From contig CAVSCK010000004.1 of the NCBI GenBank assembly GCA_963726455.1, positions 1,376,001 to 1,440,000 of the forward strand: a DNA stretch of 64,000 nt. Direction: 5' to 3'. Below are positions 59,440-64,000 of this stretch, piece after piece. This stretch comes from an uncultured bacterium (GTDB lineage: Bacteria > Zixibacteria > MSB-5A5 > CAIYYT01). How positions within the stretch are numbered: the stretch's first letter is position 1; the number at the start of each line of letters is the position of its first letter. A program made the position numbers and the translations under genes. The notes under the pieces were generated by a model, which saw only the letters and a program-made list of their open reading frames with translations, ran no database searches and was not told the origin of the DNA.

Positions 59440-60363
59440 TCAAAACTTGAATCCGAGTGTAAAGCGATGGGCCTGGTTCAGCTTGCCCAGATCCTGATAG
59501 GCATAGTCCAAGCGCAGTTCCCGCTTGTTCAACGGCAACCGGACGCCACCGCCGAAACTGATCGTCCCTTCGTCATAATTGAACTTGTCGCCGATCCGCA
59601 AAAAATACTTCCCGTCATACCCATACTCAAACCCCGCATTGTACTTCTCCAAATTGTCCGAGGGATGCGTCGCCTCCAGCGCAAACACCCCCTTGTGACG
59701 CTCGCCGTCCAAAACATTGATCGCGCCGCCAAACTTGAAATTGATCGGCAACGGATAGCTCTCCCGCACAAAGGTCATGTCCGGACCAAAGTTCGTGATC
59801 ACCATCGAAATCTTGAAGTTCCGGAAGCCCGTGTCGTAGTTCGTTCCCACATCCGCCGCCCAACCGCTCGAGCGTTCTTCCTCATACAACTCATCGATAA
59901 ACTTCAACGTCATCCCCACGCTGAACCGATCCGTCAGGTTACGGCCGTAGCTCAAACCCACCGCATATTCCCGCGCCCCAAACGTCCGTCCCGTGCCCAA
60001 CGGATACTCGTACGTCGTCTCGTCAAAACTGCCGCCGTTCAGCATGTAAAACCCCACGCCCAACACGCCCCCGAATCGCGTCAACGGATACGCCATGCCC
60101 GCATACTCGTACGCGATCCCCGCCGGATACTCCAAATGCGTAAACACCACTTCCCGATCGTACAACTGCGTCAAACCCGCCGGATTGTAATACATCGCCG
60201 TCGCGTCGTTCGACACCGCCACAAACGCATCTCCCATCCCGTTCGCACGAGCGCCCACGCCTAACTCCAAAAACTGTGCTCCCGCCGTGCCAACCTTCGC
60301 CTGACCCAGCAACACCGCCGGCAACAACAGCATCACCAGCGCCAATATTACCAACTGCCTCAT
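59440..60363 (-). CDS. PorV/PorQ-family outer-membrane barrel, copy 1
   Basis: KVGTAGAQFLELGVGARANGMG, YYNPAGL, DYAY and HRFTLGFKF motifs. Confidence 0.85.
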   Translation of the reverse strand: MRQLVILALVMLLLPAVLLGQAKVGTAGAQFLELGVGARANGMGDAFVAVSNDATAMYYNPAGLTQLYDREVVFTHLEYPAGIAYEYAGMAYPLTRFGGVLGVGFYMLNGGSFDETTYEYPLGTGRTFGAREYAVGLSYGRNLTDRFSVGMTLKFIDELYEEERSSGWAADVGTNYDTGFRNFKISMVITNFGPDMTFVRESYPLPINFKFGGAINVLDGERHKGVFALEATHPSDNLEKYNAGFEYGYDGKYFLRIGDKFNYDEGTISFGGGVRLPLNKRELRLDYAYQDLGKLNQAHRFTLGFKF

Positions 60364-60424
60364 GCCGTCTCCTCTATCTCCAGCAAATAGAATTCTCCAT
60401 CACTCACTTGATGATCACAAACTT
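59444..60424. repeat. Long direct repeat, copy 1 (probably extends further into the cargo CTD)
   Basis: Matches 63020-64000 with about 15 mismatches by manual count. Confidence 0.95.
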
Positions 60425-62953
60425 CCCGACCTGCGTCCCTAACTCCGATTCCACCGTGTACAAATAGATCCCGGATACCGCCGCCTGCGTGTTCCGGCTG
60501 ATCAGATCCCACGCCGTCATGCTCTCGCCGGCATACAACACCGAGCCCACCGGCTGCGGATGTTCCAGTTCACGCACCAAATCCCCATCCAGCGTGTAAA
60601 TCCGGATCGTCGCCTTCGACGGCAAATTCGCAAAATAGATGCGACGCGCACGGTCAGGTGACAACGACGCGCCCACATCCTCGTAACCCGCTTCCGCATA
60701 ACCACCGTTGATCTTGTATGGGTTCGGGAACACCGTCACCTTCAGGTTCTGCTGCGTCACCACGTCCGGCGAATTCACCGGATAAATCTGCACCGCATTC
60801 GCCAGCGGCGAACTCTCCAGCGGTCCCAGATTTGTGGCCGGATCACCAAAATCAAACGCTGATACTGAGATAAAGACGGGGCGTGAAGGTAACATACCAT
60901 CGATCGAATACTCATATTCATAATAAGCCGGTACCGAGTCCTGTTCCATCTCATCCCAGACCGTATCAGCGGGCGTCGCATCGGGATATACCTTACGCAT
61001 TTCGCCAAATCCACCCAGAGTCGAGCGGTTATAGTCCTGTTGAGTAAAATAGTAATAGTTGGTGTCAGTGCCGTCGATCCAGGTCAGAGAATCCGACTGA
61101 TTGGGGTAATCAAGAGGATTGAACCCTTCGCCATAAATCTTAGCGAGTGAGTCCAGCGTAAACGGAACTTCCGTCAACTCCCATTTGGGGGGAGCATATG
61201 CCAAATTCAATTTGTGGCGATCAAAATCCAGATGATCATAGGAAGTCAGCAACGCGAAATCCTTAACCGACAGCCTTTGACCCATGTAAACACGATATCC
61301 CTCAAAGTCAACATTGCTCGAAAACGGATCTTTGCTGGTTTCCGTCGCGTATCCGTTCCAGCGCACAGTTATCTGTCCCGGTGAAGAAGAATATTTCAAG
61401 ACCGGTGGTGGTGGCGGTGGAGGGCCATCAAAATCAGGTAGCCCGTCGCCAGACCAAATAGTGTCACCCGGACTGCAGGGGTTTGGAGTAGGATTGCCTC
61501 GGAAGCCGCTACCGTTGGTGCTGACTCCCGGATTATCGTACACCCATCCTGCCCAGAGCGCATTTGTTGCCAGATCCGAAAACGAAAGTTTGTTGAAGAA
61601 CACGTCAGGATTATTGGAATCAAAGTACTTCTGAAAATCGTCCGGCTTGACGTGGAACTTGTCGCCCGCGATATAACCTATCGTCAGGGGTAACGAATCT
61701 CCAACTTGGATATCAAACGGTCCGAATGATAACAGGTAACGCGTATCGTAGCCGTCCGCAAGGTCGGACGCAATGTTAGACGCCGGCGGCAGCCAGCCCT
61801 GGCTCCCCATGTCTATTGCCGAGTAGATTTGATCGTAGTCAAACTCGCCGTTCTTCAGGAAGAAGTACTTGTTTTTGTCACCTGCCGGCGTACCCAGACC
61901 GCCCGTACCAAGATTGCGATTGTTTTCTTTGCGTACCGGTCCCCAGTCCAGCGTCGCATCGCCCTGGGATACCCACCAATTGAAACTAGTCTTCAAATCC
62001 GGGTTTGGAGTCCGCACCACACGCGTCCCCGTTACTGCCACAGTACTTCTGTAGTCGAAGACACCGTCTTCATTAGGATCGCCATCCTGATCGGCAATCC
62101 ACGCCACATTGATGACGTCCTGTAAATCCTTGCAGGCAGTTGAAGGCACGGTCTGTTTGAATCCGCAGATGTCGTCCTGGAATCCGTTGGCGTAAGAAGG
62201 ATGGTAAACGTCGGCGTCAACATACAGGCCGATATATGACTTCCTGATTTCCTTCGTTCCGATGTTCTTAATCAAGAAATCGATGAGAATGAAGTCCTCA
62301 GCATAGGAATAAGACCATGAGTAGCTTTTTTGTGTAATCTCTACGCCGATGGGAATGTGAGAGCGGTTGTCATCAGGGTTGATCGCCACAAACTGTTGAT
62401 CCGTCAAAGTGTCCGTGTAGACAGCCATATAATCCGCTTCACTAACGGCGTCCGGACTATAAGCGGGATCGGTCAGTCGCGTAGACCGCTTTATGATTGA
62501 TCCTTTGGGCGCCTGATCGGCATACATCTCAAAGATATGTTGCCAACCGTCGTGGCCGGTCGATACCAGCGTGTCTTCACCTACAATAGCTCCGATCCAG
62601 AGTGCACCCTGGAACAAGTACTCAACCCCCGATGGGCCCGGGTACTGGCAGGAAGGAGCCGGTTGATTCGTTTCCGGATCTTTAATGCTGGGGTCCGCCT
62701 GGTTGCCGAAAATTCCATAGTTGGTTACGGTAAGCCAGATATTCCCAACCTTGTGCACGCGCACTTCCATGACCGGCTTGCCGGCCGCCGGTTTATTCAT
62801 CCGGGACATCAAGTCTGTTTGAGAAGTCCCTTTTCCGGTAACCGCCAAGGCGCCGTATACGTAGCCGGATTCCATTATGCCGAACAACAGAAATCCAATT
62901 ACTATCGCCGCTGCGAATATCGCCCTCGGTCTACCAGTGTATTCGACCGCCAT
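60404..62953 (-). CDS. Large secreted protein with an Fn3-like region and a T9SS-like C-terminal domain (putative cargo)
   Basis: N-terminal hydrophobic signal; DFEGYRVY and VSAFD Fn3-like motifs; CTD VFPNPY...NLP...IYTLDGDLVR...WD...SGIYLY...GKFVIIK. Confidence 0.8.
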   Translation of the reverse strand: MAVEYTGRPRAIFAAAIVIGFLLFGIMESGYVYGALAVTGKGTSQTDLMSRMNKPAAGKPVMEVRVHKVGNIWLTVTNYGIFGNQADPSIKDPETNQPAPSCQYPGPSGVEYLFQGALWIGAIVGEDTLVSTGHDGWQHIFEMYADQAPKGSIIKRSTRLTDPAYSPDAVSEADYMAVYTDTLTDQQFVAINPDDNRSHIPIGVEITQKSYSWSYSYAEDFILIDFLIKNIGTKEIRKSYIGLYVDADVYHPSYANGFQDDICGFKQTVPSTACKDLQDVINVAWIADQDGDPNEDGVFDYRSTVAVTGTRVVRTPNPDLKTSFNWWVSQGDATLDWGPVRKENNRNLGTGGLGTPAGDKNKYFFLKNGEFDYDQIYSAIDMGSQGWLPPASNIASDLADGYDTRYLLSFGPFDIQVGDSLPLTIGYIAGDKFHVKPDDFQKYFDSNNPDVFFNKLSFSDLATNALWAGWVYDNPGVSTNGSGFRGNPTPNPCSPGDTIWSGDGLPDFDGPPPPPPPVLKYSSSPGQITVRWNGYATETSKDPFSSNVDFEGYRVYMGQRLSVKDFALLTSYDHLDFDRHKLNLAYAPPKWELTEVPFTLDSLAKIYGEGFNPLDYPNQSDSLTWIDGTDTNYYYFTQQDYNRSTLGGFGEMRKVYPDATPADTVWDEMEQDSVPAYYEYEYSIDGMLPSRPVFISVSAFDFGDPATNLGPLESSPLANAVQIYPVNSPDVVTQQNLKVTVFPNPYKINGGYAEAGYEDVGASLSPDRARRIYFANLPSKATIRIYTLDGDLVRELEHPQPVGSVLYAGESMTAWDLISRNTQAAVSGIYLYTVESELGTQVGKFVIIK

Positions 62954-63015
62954 TAAATTCCTCCGAGTCTTTCAACTGTCACGACCATATCCGTAGACAC
63001 AAAATAGCTTTCGAT

Positions 63016-63939
63016 CTAGAACTTGAATCCGAGTGTAAAGCGATGGGCCTGGTTCAGCTTGCCCAGATCCTGATAGGCGTAGTCCAAGCGCAGTTCCCGC
63101 TTGTTCAACGGCAACCGGACGCCACCGCCGAAACTGATCGTCCCTTCGTCATAATTGAACTTGTCGCCGATCCGCAAAAAATACTTCCCGTCATACCCAT
63201 ACTCAAACCCCGCGTTGTACTTCTCCAAATTGTCCGAGGGATGCGTCGCCTCCAGCGCAAACACCCCCTTGTGATGCTCGCCGTCCAAAACATTGATCGC
63301 GCCGCCAAACTTGAAATTGATCGGCAACGGATAGCTCTCCCGCACAAAGGTCATGTCCGGACCAAAGTTCGTTATCACCATCGAAATCTTGAAGTTCCGG
63401 AAGCCCGTGTCGTAGTTCGTCCCCACATCCGCCGCCCAACCGCTCGAACGTTCTTCCTCATACAACTCATCGATAAACTTCAACGTCATCCCCACGCTAA
63501 ACCGATCCGTCAGGTTACGGCCGTAGCTCAAACCCACCGCATATTCCCGCGCCCCGAACGTCCGTCCCGTGCCCAACGGATACTCGTACGTCGTCTCGTC
63601 AAAACTGCCGCCGTTCAGCATGTAAAACCCCACGCCCAACACGCCCCCGAATCGCGTCAACGGATACGCCATGCCCGCATACTCGTACGCGATCTCCGCC
63701 GGATACTCCACATGCGTAAACACTACTTCCCGATCGTACAACTGCGTCAAACCCGCCGGATTGTAATACATCGCCGTCGCGTCGTTCGACACCGCCACAA
63801 ACGCATCTCCCATCCCGTTCGCACGAGCGCCGACGCCTAACTCCAAAAACTGTGCCCCCGCCGTGCCAACCTTCGCCTGACCCAGCAACACCCCCGGCAA
63901 CAACAGCATCACCAGCGCCAATATTACCAATTGCCTCAT
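63016..63939 (-). CDS. PorV/PorQ-family outer-membrane barrel, copy 2
   Basis: 307 aa; differs from copy 1 at 4 residues. Confidence 0.85.
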   Translation of the reverse strand: MRQLVILALVMLLLPGVLLGQAKVGTAGAQFLELGVGARANGMGDAFVAVSNDATAMYYNPAGLTQLYDREVVFTHVEYPAEIAYEYAGMAYPLTRFGGVLGVGFYMLNGGSFDETTYEYPLGTGRTFGAREYAVGLSYGRNLTDRFSVGMTLKFIDELYEEERSSGWAADVGTNYDTGFRNFKISMVITNFGPDMTFVRESYPLPINFKFGGAINVLDGEHHKGVFALEATHPSDNLEKYNAGFEYGYDGKYFLRIGDKFNYDEGTISFGGGVRLPLNKRELRLDYAYQDLGKLNQAHRFTLGFKF

Positions 63940-64000
63940 GCCGTCTCCTCTATCTCCAGCAAATAGAATTCTCCATCACTCACTTGATGATCACAAACTT
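63020..64000. repeat. Long direct repeat, copy 2 (runs off the window)
   Basis: 3576 bp offset from copy 1; the 40-bp intergenic spacer is identical. Confidence 0.95.
63980..64000 (-). CDS. 3' end of a further cargo gene (...KFVIIK-stop), truncated by the window
   Basis: Identical to the last 21 nt of the 60404-62953 gene. Confidence 0.7.
   Translation of the reverse strand, partial: KFVIIK

Noticed and set aside
59329-60264. 311 aa antisense ORF (and the 265 aa ORF at 63043-63840)
   Set aside because: Shadow of the skewed codon usage of the barrel genes; low-complexity R/H/P-rich product.
59444-64000. Diversity-generating retroelement TR/VR pair
   Set aside because: Mismatches are sparse, not adenine-specific and mostly synonymous; both copies are full genes and no reverse transcriptase is in the window.

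Overview
Gene-dense, moderately GC-rich chromosomal window from a diderm bacterium. T9SS-type C-terminal sorting domains and multiple PorV/PorQ-like barrels suggest an FCB-related lineage such as Zixibacteria (inference only). Most of the window is housekeeping: the shikimate operon aroE-aroC-aroK-aroB-aroQ, glycolysis pfkA-gap-pgk-tpiA-secG, rmlACBD, pyk, ligA, an isocitrate/isopropylmalate-family dehydrogenase, dusB-larB-larC-etfA-ppx, and ecfT-truA-tal-purB-psd-pssA-purS-purQ-tatA. The most notable feature is at the right end: a repeated [secreted cargo gene + PorV-like gene] cassette. An ~981 bp block (cargo C-terminus, spacer and whole PorV-like gene) recurs 3576 bp apart at ~98% identity, and a strong G-ending codon skew begins abruptly inside the cargo gene. 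This could be a homogenised, recombination-shuffled array of secretion cassettes. Other points of interest: an ~780 bp mosaic of palindromic repeats between aroE and secG; a frameshifted outer-membrane barrel gene inside the glycolysis operon; an ACP-FkbH-deacetylase-GNAT cluster; an FHA-phosphoesterase-CHASE2 kinase operon; and repeated sigma70-like promoters 6-11 nt before start codons, suggesting leaderless mRNAs. I recognised no rRNA, tRNA, CRISPR array, integrase or transposase.
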